From: a virus
Length of the DNA stretch: 64,000 bases
Virus record (IMG/VR): IMGVR_UViG_3300025598_000024
Coordinates: 1 to 64,000 of that record
Direction: 5' to 3' (one strand)
In this document: in pieces, positions 1 through 8,833 of the stretch
Layout of the letters: each line of letters starts with the position of its first letter
Position numbering within the stretch: the stretch's first letter is position 1
Translations under genes and position numbers: made by a program
The notes under the pieces: model-generated
Databases searched by the model: none
Told to the model about the DNA's origin: nothing
Seen by the model: the letters and a program-made list of their open reading frames with translations, nothing else

Positions 1-111
1 TGCTTGGCGCACAGATTCCGCGGATCTGATTGAACTGACGCCGAAAAATTTTTTTATGCCCTGGCTACATGTATAGCCTGGGAATCAACCAACCCAACAA
101 GGGAGAGCAAC

Positions 112-447
112 ATGAGCAACAATGACACACTCTGCTACAGAGAGTACTACGATTGCCACTGTCACGGTCACGTACTGACTGTTGACATTGAAGCTTATGA
201 CAATGAGTTTTATGTGTCACTGGTGATGTACGAGCAGAGCTATCGAGATGCTGGACGCCTGGTTCGTGCCTGGCGTGCCTTGCGTGGTAAGGATCAGCTA
301 GTGAGTGATTTCGTGCTTGACTCTATGAGTTCAGCAGCTCTTGCCAATCAGATCCAAGAAGCCCTGCGAATTGCCAACAGTAACAATGGCCTGACCGGTG
401 AAGGTCTGGCCTACATCCACAAGTACCCTGACATCGAACCCATCTAG
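112..447 (+). CDS. hypothetical phage protein
   Basis: ORF with AAGGGAG RBS upstream. Confidence 0.7.
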   Translation: MSNNDTLCYREYYDCHCHGHVLTVDIEAYDNEFYVSLVMYEQSYRDAGRLVRAWRALRGKDQLVSDFVLDSMSSAALANQIQEALRIANSNNGLTGEGLAYIHKYPDIEPI

Positions 448-454
448 GAGACAT

Positions 455-616
455 ATGCAGAGATACTTCTATCGATTCTTGCAGTTCTGGTTGGTATTGA
501 GCCTGGTTGCAGTATGTTTGGACCTGGCTCACCGCAAGTATGTTAACGCTGCATGCTTGTGTCTGGCAACAATAGGGATGGGTTTTTTTACCTATCTGAT
601 GAAAGATGAGGAATAA
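455..616 (+). CDS. small membrane protein
   Basis: AGGAG RBS before ATG 455; two hydrophobic segments. Confidence 0.55.
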   Translation: MQRYFYRFLQFWLVLSLVAVCLDLAHRKYVNAACLCLATIGMGFFTYLMKDEE

Positions 617-617
617 C

Positions 618-1028
618 ATGAAAGCTGTTATCATCCGCGCCAACAACTCCCGTGAACTGGTTGAGTTCACCAAGGAGACCAGCTACGGCATGATCAAAGC
701 TGCTGTTGATGGCATCTTTGACTGTGTTAGTCTGCCCAACTACGGGGTTGACATGTGGTGTAACGATGAGGGTCATATCATTGGCCTGGATCCCAACGAG
801 TTCGCCTCGGATCTGTACCTCAAGCACTACCCCTGGTTGCTCAAAGGGCTCAGCCCCAGCATCTATCAGTACGCTATCCGTGGTGACGTGATCATCACCG
901 GCATGGGTGATGAAGAGGGTTACACCATGGGCTTGACCGATCAGCAGGCTGAAATGCTGTTGAAGGGTGACGACAAATCCTTCTTCGAGCAGGGTCAAGA
1001 AGAAGTCCTGGAACGAGAGGAGTGCTGA
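618..1028 (+). CDS. DUF3846-like protein
   Basis: VDGxFDCV...MWCNDEG...N..AS...IRGDVIITG pattern typical of DUF3846. Confidence 0.7.
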   Translation: MKAVIIRANNSRELVEFTKETSYGMIKAAVDGIFDCVSLPNYGVDMWCNDEGHIIGLDPNEFASDLYLKHYPWLLKGLSPSIYQYAIRGDVIITGMGDEEGYTMGLTDQQAEMLLKGDDKSFFEQGQEEVLEREEC

Positions 1029-1095
1029 TGGTATACTAAGAGTTCACGGATTGTTCACCAACAATCTACCGAAAGGACAGAGAGTGAGATAGCCT

Positions 1096-1608
1096 ATGAC
1101 TATCAACTGGGGGCGTGTTTTTAATCGAGGATCATTCGTACTGATTGTGATGTGGGCTTGGATGAGCCTGGCTGGCAACAGCCCGGTAGCATCAAGCACA
1201 GATCATCCAACTACTACCAGTGAGGCAGTTGTTGTTGTCAGTAGTGTGGTTCACCACCCTGTTCCGCCCAGGTCATTGACCCGGTGGGACACACGCTCAA
1301 CCGATCCACTTGCTAGTTGGCCCAGCAAGTATGACCCTATGTGGAGAGAACCATTCAGGGTACAGCTGGTGTTCGCATGCATCAGGTGGACAGAGTCACG
1401 CAACCACAGCACTGTCGTTGAACCGCACAGTCATGCTGGTGGTTGGTATCAGATCATGCCGCACGAATGGTGGTATGCCAGAAATAATATAGCTGGCTTA
1501 CCTGCTAGTGCTGCACAAGCCACTGGAGATCAACAGAGTACCGTTGCTCTCTGGTACTATCACAGAAACCATGGCTTCAGACCAGAGTGGTCTGACGGCT
1601 GCAAGTAA
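1096..1608 (+). CDS. secreted/membrane-anchored Rpf-like lytic transglycosylase
   Basis: N-terminal hydrophobic segment; CIRWTES (catalytic E), GGWYQI, A..AT..QQ...A, W..C motifs of the lysozyme-like Rpf domain. Confidence 0.75.
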   Translation: MTINWGRVFNRGSFVLIVMWAWMSLAGNSPVASSTDHPTTTSEAVVVVSSVVHHPVPPRSLTRWDTRSTDPLASWPSKYDPMWREPFRVQLVFACIRWTESRNHSTVVEPHSHAGGWYQIMPHEWWYARNNIAGLPASAAQATGDQQSTVALWYYHRNHGFRPEWSDGCK

Positions 1609-1620
1609 GAGGAGAAATCC

Positions 1621-2109
1621 ATGAGTAAGATCACCGACACCATCAAAAAGGTACAGGCCGCTACTGAAGCAGTGCTTGGCCGTGAGGTCAACACCGACGA
1701 GGTTCTCCAGACCATTGAAGCTATCGAGGTCTTGGTGAGTGCCAAAAAGCAGGCGGAGCAGCCTCAGCCTATCCCTACCACCTACGTGGTGACCAAGGGA
1801 ATGCCTCAGCCTGCTGTTGTTGAGCCAGTGATTGAGCATCCAGTTGTCAAGAAGGCTAACAGGTCTCGAAACCGTTCTTACACCAATCCGGTCCGTATCA
1901 TTGATTGGAAAGAACACCAGGAGTTTCTTGACCTGGTTCTCAACGGTCAGGTTCACGTGCTCAGCAACGACAGGCTGGCTGATGTCATGACCAACACCAC
2001 TCAGTTTGCTACCAAGCTGCGCAAGGAAGCCAGCCTGCGTGGTTACAAGATGGTTAACATCTGGAATGACAAGAAGAAGCGCACGGTGCGCATCCACGCA
2101 GTCAAGTAG
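1621..2109 (+). CDS. hypothetical protein
   Basis: GAGGAG RBS, codon usage like neighbours. Confidence 0.7.
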   Translation: MSKITDTIKKVQAATEAVLGREVNTDEVLQTIEAIEVLVSAKKQAEQPQPIPTTYVVTKGMPQPAVVEPVIEHPVVKKANRSRNRSYTNPVRIIDWKEHQEFLDLVLNGQVHVLSNDRLADVMTNTTQFATKLRKEASLRGYKMVNIWNDKKKRTVRIHAVK

Positions 2110-2226
2110 TACTGCGCAGTACCAGTAAATTTCAACGCATTGGAGCAGTGAGCCGCCTGTGCATTGAATCTGGTACCACTCCGGTACCAGTGGGGCACCA
2201 CCCTTATATTATCCTGGAGGATAATC

Positions 2227-3177
2227 ATGGCTGACAACAACACTCCCAACGAGTTGTTGCAAGAGTTCCTCGCTAACCCTTTGGGTATCAGCAAGGACAC
2301 CGCTCAGGCAACTGAGCAAGCAGTGCCAGAATCCGTCTCGACGCACACCGCCGTGACGGCAGCCCCAACCACCCCTACCAAGGAGTACACCATGGAGCGC
2401 ATCTCCTACAACCCCGACGACTTCGGCGGTATCCCCGAGCCCGAGTGCTGGCGTGACCTGCGTGACATCATGAACGCAGGTGTCAACAAGGTCTTCCTCT
2501 CAGGCCCCCCAGGAATCGGTAAGTCCTTCGCTGGCATGTACTTCGGTGATGTCAGCCGTGGTGTCGAGCGCATGAGCTGCACCGAGGACATGACCAGTGC
2601 CGACGTTGACGGCTTCATGGGCATCACCAAGGACGGCACCTTCGACTGGCGTTACGGTGCTGCTAGCCGTGCCTGGATCAACGGCAGCCGTCTCATCATC
2701 GATGAGATCGACAAGGCTGGTAGCGATGTGCTCGCCAAGCTGTTGGCGTTCACCGACTCAGCTATGTCAGCTCGGTTTGTGATCGTTGCCACCGGCGAGA
2801 CCATCGTGCCTGCACCTGGTTTCTCCGTGGTGATGACCGCCAACATCACCAACATTGACGAGCTTGACTCGGACGCGCTCAAGGACCGTTTCCCTGCGCA
2901 CATCCAGATCAACGCTCCTCACCCGTCAGCTCTCATGCAGTTCCCTGAGAGACAGCGGATGTTGGCTGCCACGCTGATCAGCTCTCGTGCTGGTAACCTC
3001 AACGGTTACAGTCAGCGTGTGTCGCTGCGCAAGTTCGAGTACTTCAACCAGCTTCTTGCTGACCCGGCATTCGACCTTGACCGTGCTGCTGCGCTTGCGT
3101 TCGGTCCTCAGCTTGCTGAGGAGATCGTCCGTCACCTGCGCCTCGGCCTGCTCAACACCGGCGAAGTCAGCTTCTAG
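2227..3177 (+). CDS. MoxR/CbbQ-like AAA+ ATPase
   Basis: Walker A GPPGIGKS, Walker B LIIDEIDK, TAN sensor, ALKDRF arginine finger; GGAGG RBS. Confidence 0.9.
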   Translation: MADNNTPNELLQEFLANPLGISKDTAQATEQAVPESVSTHTAVTAAPTTPTKEYTMERISYNPDDFGGIPEPECWRDLRDIMNAGVNKVFLSGPPGIGKSFAGMYFGDVSRGVERMSCTEDMTSADVDGFMGITKDGTFDWRYGAASRAWINGSRLIIDEIDKAGSDVLAKLLAFTDSAMSARFVIVATGETIVPAPGFSVVMTANITNIDELDSDALKDRFPAHIQINAPHPSALMQFPERQRMLAATLISSRAGNLNGYSQRVSLRKFEYFNQLLADPAFDLDRAAALAFGPQLAEEIVRHLRLGLLNTGEVSF

Positions 3178-3179
3178 TC

Positions 3180-4709
3180 ATGGCTAGCGAATCTAACCCG
3201 CAAGAGCCTCGGATCACGCCACTACCCAACGTAGTTGCGTCATACCGTGAGGATCTTGACCCGTCACTGCAGTGGGAAGTTGTTCCCAGTGTAGGTGACT
3301 TCAACACCGGTGTAGACTTCGCTAAGGGAATTGTGTCTGTCCCCCTCTCGGGGGACGACCATTCCCGGCTGGTTCGGCTGCGTGAGATGGTGCGTCTTCG
3401 TATCGCACCCACTGACGACAAGCTGTTCAAGCACATTGCAAGTAAGCATGGGGGTATCGTTACTGAGCACACGCTACGGCTTGCTGACCTCGGTCGTATC
3501 AACGCTGTCACTCGTCAGTATGCTGAAGCATTCGAGATTCCAATCGAGCCTGACGGCAGCGAGAAAGTTCTTGGCAAGCGGTTGGCTACCACCAACACGC
3601 CTCAAGCCTGGAACAAGTGCGTCGAGTTCACCGCTCAATACTTTGGCACCAAGGCGTTCGACAGCTTTGCTTCTGGCGTGCGCAGTGTCAACAGTGACTG
3701 GAGCAGTGGCTTGCGCAAGCTAGCCAAGGAGCTCAGTAGCTCATTCGATGACGACGTTGAGTCCATCGGTAACACTAAGCGTTTGAACTACGGGGATGAT
3801 GTCTACGGTCCTAGTGGTTTCAATCACTCAGTGTACGCAGCCAGTAGTATTGCCAACTACATGGCTGATGGTTATCGTGCTCCGCAACAGATCCGTCAGG
3901 AACTTGCTGAGAGCGAGGACAACCGTGCTAAGAACTACGGTGAACAGGATCCGGAAGAGATCCTGCGTGGTTACGAGCGCATTGATCCCGAGAGCCAGCT
4001 TGACACCAGTGACCTGCCTGATGACTTTGAGTTCATAACAGATCCTGATGAAGATGAAGACAGCGGCGACATATTCGGCCCTCTCATCTTCAATCACGAG
4101 CTGCCTCTCACCGTCGAGGTCAAGGGCTACATGGCACGCAAGCGCCGCGCCAACATCATTGGTCGCAGCATTGTGTACCCCAGCCGTCGTTACACTGACC
4201 CTGAGATGCGCATGTTTGCTAACAAGATGCGTACAAAGGGTGGTATCTACCTGCTGGATGTCAGTGGTAGTATGCACGTGGATCAGGATGACATTGAGGC
4301 TATCGTTGATGTTGCGCCTGCAGCTCTCATCATGGCTTACAGTGATCCTGACAACGGCGGCGGCCTGCCAAATGCACACATCCTGGCCAAGCGTGGCTGG
4401 CGTGTTAAGGGCTTCAAGGACGTGCAGCGTGGTGGCAACGGTGTCGATGGCACTGCTCTTACCTGGGCTATCCGTCACAAGAAGCCTGGCGAGGACATCG
4501 TCTGGGTTACTGACGGCCAGGTGTTCGGCATCCAGGGTTACGGTGGTCACGACCTGTCCATCCAGTGTGCCAAGCTGGTCAAGAAGCACCGGATCATCAT
4601 GATCCCCAGCATGCGCGAGGCCATCGCTGCTTGCAGGACTGGTAAGCCAATGCGTCAGTTCAACAAGCCATCTGGTCGCGTGCGCGACGCCCTGCTCGGC
4701 AAGTACTAA
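3180..4709 (+). CDS. vWA-domain partner of the AAA ATPase
   Basis: MIDAS DVSGSM, GGNG, VWVTDG; directly follows the MoxR-type ATPase. Confidence 0.8.
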   Translation: MASESNPQEPRITPLPNVVASYREDLDPSLQWEVVPSVGDFNTGVDFAKGIVSVPLSGDDHSRLVRLREMVRLRIAPTDDKLFKHIASKHGGIVTEHTLRLADLGRINAVTRQYAEAFEIPIEPDGSEKVLGKRLATTNTPQAWNKCVEFTAQYFGTKAFDSFASGVRSVNSDWSSGLRKLAKELSSSFDDDVESIGNTKRLNYGDDVYGPSGFNHSVYAASSIANYMADGYRAPQQIRQELAESEDNRAKNYGEQDPEEILRGYERIDPESQLDTSDLPDDFEFITDPDEDEDSGDIFGPLIFNHELPLTVEVKGYMARKRRANIIGRSIVYPSRRYTDPEMRMFANKMRTKGGIYLLDVSGSMHVDQDDIEAIVDVAPAALIMAYSDPDNGGGLPNAHILAKRGWRVKGFKDVQRGGNGVDGTALTWAIRHKKPGEDIVWVTDGQVFGIQGYGGHDLSIQCAKLVKKHRIIMIPSMREAIAACRTGKPMRQFNKPSGRVRDALLGKY

Positions 4710-4715
4710 CAACCA

Positions 4716-4759
4716 GTACCCAGTGGGCCTGCAGCAATAACTGTTGGCTCACTGGGTAC
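4716..4759 (+). terminator. stem-loop after vWA gene
   Basis: GTACCCAGTGGGCC...GGCTCACTGGGTAC inverted repeat; no U tract. Confidence 0.4.
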
Positions 4760-4779
4760 ACAACCCGAAAGGTAACATC

Positions 4780-5076
4780 ATGACCACAAGCAAGCAAGAC
4801 TTCATTCGCATTGCTCAGGAAAAGATCGATGCTCACACTGACATCGAACAGCTGCGTGACTTGACAACCAAGTTGGTTACGCTGCTCGGTATTCAGGATG
4901 AGATGATCGAAGCCAACGACAAGGTTGTTACTCAGCTCAATAACCTGATCGACATGCAGAATACCATGATCAACAAGATGATTGGTCTGTGTGAGAGTTA
5001 CGATGTTCCATTGCCTGACAGCACACGGAACATTGCTAAGATGATCGCAGATCGTCCCAAGCAACCACAGCATTGA
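4780..5076 (+). CDS. coiled-coil hypothetical protein
   Basis: GAAAGG RBS; heptad-like pattern. Confidence 0.65.
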   Translation: MTTSKQDFIRIAQEKIDAHTDIEQLRDLTTKLVTLLGIQDEMIEANDKVVTQLNNLIDMQNTMINKMIGLCESYDVPLPDSTRNIAKMIADRPKQPQH

Positions 5077-5079
5077 GGT

Positions 5080-5550
5080 CAAGTGTCTTTGAGCCCAGAC
5101 ACTCACAAAACATGGCTCACACTCACCATCAGGGGAAGCTGATGGAGGTATCCAATACCTACGTACAACATTGGGGCATCTTGTGGCCGGTACAAGAAGG
5201 TGTGATCCTTTCTCACTAATACTTCCTAGTTGGTATGATACAAAGGAACTAGGGTCGCTCTGAGCATAGCGACTGGAATCCTGCTTGAGGTTATGCATCA
5301 TTCGTTTGGTGCATAACCCCTGCTGTATCAGCTAGGCAACCAATATGCCCGCAAGTATGGGTTATCACAACCATCGACGCCGCTCTACGGCTCTGCCTAG
5401 TTGTTACACACTCAACACCAGGGGAAGCTGGTGTAGGCTAACTGTTCCTTTATACAGATCCCAGCGGAGGGTGAGAAGCTAATCTTGTCAGTTGGATGAG
5501 ACATGAGAACTGACTAGGTGCTGGGCATCACCGAAGATAAACTGCCCACC
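5080..5550 (+). ncRNA. putative structured non-coding RNA region
   Basis: no credible ORF; many hairpins including two covarying GGGAAG-loop stems. Confidence 0.5.
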
Positions 5551-5571
5551 CCTACAACCAGGAGGTTAGCA

Positions 5572-6090
5572 ATGGCTGATGACTTCAGCGACCTTAACCT
5601 TGACATGGATGAAGCCTTTACTGTTCGCACACAGTTTGGCATTCACCTTGGCAAGCTCAAGGATTGGATTGTTATGATGGGTCAGTTGCCCATGGCAATT
5701 AACGACATGATGGGTGGATGCATGAAAGATGGCATCGATGGCATGAAGCCATGGACCAATGAAGAAGTTGTGTCTACCTTCTCAGACATGTATGACAATC
5801 TTACCAGAGGACTCGAGGTGCTTGCTGCGATGCTTCAGCAGTCAGCCGTCGATCTGTACGGTGAACCATTCTCAACCGATTCATTTGTGATCCCTGCCCT
5901 TGGCATTGGTCTCACAGTGGGTGGGCTTGAGCTCAGCGTCGACATGGACATCGACAAGGCTATCAATGATCTGCCTGAGGAAGTTCGTGACGCTGCAATT
6001 CGTGCACTCCGTGATGTGGTTGGCGATGATCGCCTGCCAGAGGAGTTTCGCGAGCGTATCCAACAGTTCCTTCGAGAGCAAGGAGAGTAA
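5572..6090 (+). CDS. hypothetical protein
   Basis: AGGAGG RBS before ATG 5572. Confidence 0.7.
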   Translation: MADDFSDLNLDMDEAFTVRTQFGIHLGKLKDWIVMMGQLPMAINDMMGGCMKDGIDGMKPWTNEEVVSTFSDMYDNLTRGLEVLAAMLQQSAVDLYGEPFSTDSFVIPALGIGLTVGGLELSVDMDIDKAINDLPEEVRDAAIRALRDVVGDDRLPEEFRERIQQFLREQGE

Positions 6091-6092
6091 CA

Positions 6093-6527
6093 ATGGAAGA
6101 GATGAACCAAGAGCAGTTCGAGCAGATGCTTGGGTCTGAGTCAATTGATCATATGCAGTACATCGATCTGTTTGAACAATCACGCAAGCATGTCACCATG
6201 GATGCCGTGGTTGGACTCATGCTGCTTCGTACCATTCACGATCTCAATGATCTGTTTGATAAAATGGGTAAAGAGAAAGGGCTGGACATACTTGAAAGAT
6301 TGCTGCGAGCGATCACTGCGATGCACATGTCAGTGAGCAAAGACTTTGCTAGCAATGTGATCACAGAACACTTCAAGTATCTAAATCAGAATGAGATTAC
6401 TGTGGAAGACATGCTGCGACCTGGTGATCGTGAGCTGATCAACAGTGAGTTCAAGCGGCTCCTAGGCTGGGATGCCATGGCACTGTTTGACATGTTGATG
6501 GAAGAATCAGACGAGGAGGAAGAATAG
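6093..6527 (+). CDS. hypothetical protein
   Basis: AGGAG RBS, tight packing. Confidence 0.7.
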   Translation: MEEMNQEQFEQMLGSESIDHMQYIDLFEQSRKHVTMDAVVGLMLLRTIHDLNDLFDKMGKEKGLDILERLLRAITAMHMSVSKDFASNVITEHFKYLNQNEITVEDMLRPGDRELINSEFKRLLGWDAMALFDMLMEESDEEEE

Positions 6528-6528
6528 T

Positions 6529-6954
6529 ATGAGACTGGTAGGTTGGCGTAGGGTAGATGACGGTTGGACAACACGTACCAACCGCATCTTCAACTACACT
6601 ACACGCAAGCGTGATAGTGTTGACATTGCTTTCTACTTACAAGAGGGCAATGAACTGGGTTTGCGCATCAAGTATCCTGTGCTCAATGTTGTTGGCATCA
6701 AAAATGACAGGATCAATCGCAATGATATCTTGATGAGTATCAATTGCAGAAGCAGTTGGCATGCTAAGGAACTGGTTGATTGCATGATGATGCTGGCTGT
6801 CCAACTTCAGACTAATGGCATTTCGGAAGAAGATGTCAGAAAGTGGGTGAATGTTCAACTCAAGTTGATGGATACTAGTATCAGTCATAGGGACAGGGAG
6901 CCAGCAGAATCCATTAATGCTACGCATAATCGTCGCTACTCAAGAACCTTCTAG
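6529..6954 (+). CDS. hypothetical protein
   Basis: tightly packed ORF. Confidence 0.6.
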   Translation: MRLVGWRRVDDGWTTRTNRIFNYTTRKRDSVDIAFYLQEGNELGLRIKYPVLNVVGIKNDRINRNDILMSINCRSSWHAKELVDCMMMLAVQLQTNGISEEDVRKWVNVQLKLMDTSISHRDREPAESINATHNRRYSRTF

Positions 6955-6963
6955 GAGGAACAC

Positions 6964-7248
6964 ATGACTACAAGCATTGACAAGGATTTGATCAGGCCTC
7001 TGCTTGATTACAATCCTGGAGACTGGCGGGATCAAGCAGCCTGCAAAAACATGGACACAAATCTGTTCTTCACCGATACTGGTGATGGCGGTCAGGACCT
7101 GGACAAGATGCGCATTGCCCTGGAAGCCTGCCGCAACTGCCCTGTTGTAGCAGAGTGTTTGAAGTTTGGTCAGTCCAATGATCTCAGGTATGGTATCTAC
7201 GGTGGTCACCGTCGTACCCGCCGTGGTCAGTGGGTCAGCCTGATCTAA
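6964..7248 (+). CDS. whiB: WhiB family transcription factor
   Basis: W...AAC...LFF...C..CPV...C...GIYGG four-Cys Fe-S motif. Confidence 0.92.
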   Translation: MTTSIDKDLIRPLLDYNPGDWRDQAACKNMDTNLFFTDTGDGGQDLDKMRIALEACRNCPVVAECLKFGQSNDLRYGIYGGHRRTRRGQWVSLI

Positions 7249-7318
7249 TAACAACAATCAAGATCCCTGAGTCAGTGAGCCTCTGGGTATCTGTGCAGTA
7301 CCAGATGAAAGGAAAATC

Positions 7319-7519
7319 ATGAACACACTGTTGCCACTCGTGGACCAGCTCATTGCTTATGAGTCTGGTGAACTCGAGTTCTCAGATACTATCAAACTGT
7401 TTCAAGAGTTGATCGATACCGGTCACGCTTGGACCCTACAAGGTCACTACGGTCGTACAGCCATGCGACTGATTGAAGATGGGCTTTGCCATCACCCAGT
7501 GCAAGAAGAGGAAGAGTAA
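7319..7519 (+). CDS. conserved small phage protein
   Basis: [20 protein letters not shown] motif common in phage early genes. Confidence 0.7.
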   Translation: MNTLLPLVDQLIAYESGELEFSDTIKLFQELIDTGHAWTLQGHYGRTAMRLIEDGLCHHPVQEEEE

Positions 7520-7520
7520 C

Positions 7521-7727
7521 ATGACATACCGTACAGCTATATACATCGAAGCAGACACCAGTCAGTTCTGGTGTGAAGCTTGCGTGAACCAGCGTGAGCA
7601 AAGTAATGTAGATGCGGATGGCTATCCAGTCGATGAATTGTTCTGGACCATCGGTTATCTTACCAACGGTGACAGCATCAACTGCACCCAGTGTGAAAGT
7701 GTGGTTGTAGATGAACTCCTCAGCTGA
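7521..7727 (+). CDS. small zinc-binding hypothetical protein
   Basis: two CxxC motifs. Confidence 0.55.
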   Translation: MTYRTAIYIEADTSQFWCEACVNQREQSNVDADGYPVDELFWTIGYLTNGDSINCTQCESVVVDELLS

Positions 7728-7872
7728 TAGCAAAACCTGCCCGTTGTGCGGTTTAGAATACTCTGGGACTGGCGCCCTGAGTAGAACCGATAACACCACA
7801 GAGATCTGTAGCATCTGTGGTGTTGAGCAAGGGCTCAAGAGTTTCATCATGAACTACAAAGGAGAGCGATGA
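7711..7872 (+). CDS. small zinc-finger protein (below ORF-track cutoff)
   Basis: hand translation gives CPLCG..Y....ALSRTDN.TEICSICG. Confidence 0.6.
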   Translation: MNSSADSKTCPLCGLEYSGTGALSRTDNTTEICSICGVEQGLKSFIMNYKGER

Positions 7873-8025
7873 AAAACAAATACAAGCTCAAGCGTGCATA
7901 CCTGTACAAGGTAACTGACCGACGCTTTCTGTTGCCATGCCTGCGCAAGTATGACAATGATGGTTGGGTACTGGATGGCGTACTGTTTGGATGGTGCTTT
8001 GTATACAACTTCAGAGGTGGATACG

Positions 8026-8289
8026 ATGATCATCGATAATAAGTTTAGAGTCGGAGACAAGGTACGGATCATTGGTGAACCTGATTGGGGTACCTTTACC
8101 GTGACGCAAGTAGATACTGTGTGCACCATTATTGATTCTGTAGGCGTTGATGATGTTATGCTTGCGCATCAGCTGGCGTTCGCACCAGTATGTGGTCACA
8201 TTGATGGTGGAGAAATCCTTGATCCTGATGAAGGTACTAACATCTGGGTGAATTTCAAATACTGTCCAGAGTGTGGAGAGGCAATATAA
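8026..8289 (+). CDS. SH3/KOW-like plus zinc-ribbon protein
   Basis: FRVGDKVRI N-terminus; YCPECG C-terminus. Confidence 0.6.
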   Translation: MIIDNKFRVGDKVRIIGEPDWGTFTVTQVDTVCTIIDSVGVDDVMLAHQLAFAPVCGHIDGGEILDPDEGTNIWVNFKYCPECGEAI

Positions 8290-8446
8290 TGGGATACTAC
8301 TCTGAAAGAACCTGCCCTGAATGTCTGAGCATACCCTGCGCCTGGTACTGTGGTGTTGAGTGCGAGTGCTCTGATGGCAATGAAGGAATTGATCACGATG
8401 AATGCACCGACGATGAGTGCGAGTGCCGACTACACGGAGATGGAGA

Positions 8447-8833
8447 ATGAATCAGTATTCAAGAGACGCACTGCGTCGTGAGCATCATCTGTTTGTCTAT
8501 GAAGACAGGATGACAGGTGATGATGTAGAAGCCTGCGATGTATGTGGTGATGGCTATCCCTGCGATGTTATCTTTGTACTGGATGCTTGGGAGGCAGAGA
8601 AGCCACAAGAGAATGAGTCAGCACCCAAGTACTATCGTTGGGATGATGCCAAGCAGCTTACCGGCATTATGCCTGTGTTTGAAGCATACGAACGTGGTGA
8701 GCCAATCAATTTGGGCAACGGCGCAACACTTGTGAAGTGCGACCACGCCGACTGGACCAGCAATGCCTATTCTGAAGACATCTACGCTGACATGGGTTAT
8801 CGCTACTGCCCCAAGTGTGGAGAGAAACTATGA
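8447..8833 (+). CDS. zinc-binding hypothetical protein
   Basis: CDVC..YPCD and YCPKCG motifs. Confidence 0.65.
   Translation: MNQYSRDALRREHHLFVYEDRMTGDDVEACDVCGDGYPCDVIFVLDAWEAEKPQENESAPKYYRWDDAKQLTGIMPVFEAYERGEPINLGNGATLVKCDHADWTSNAYSEDIYADMGYRYCPKCGEKL

Noticed and set aside
3828-4712. Long antisense ORFs (also 51143-51964, 40453-41073, 19315-19950, 10630-11328)
   Set aside because: They are shadows of well-supported genes on the opposite strand, with no RBS or motifs
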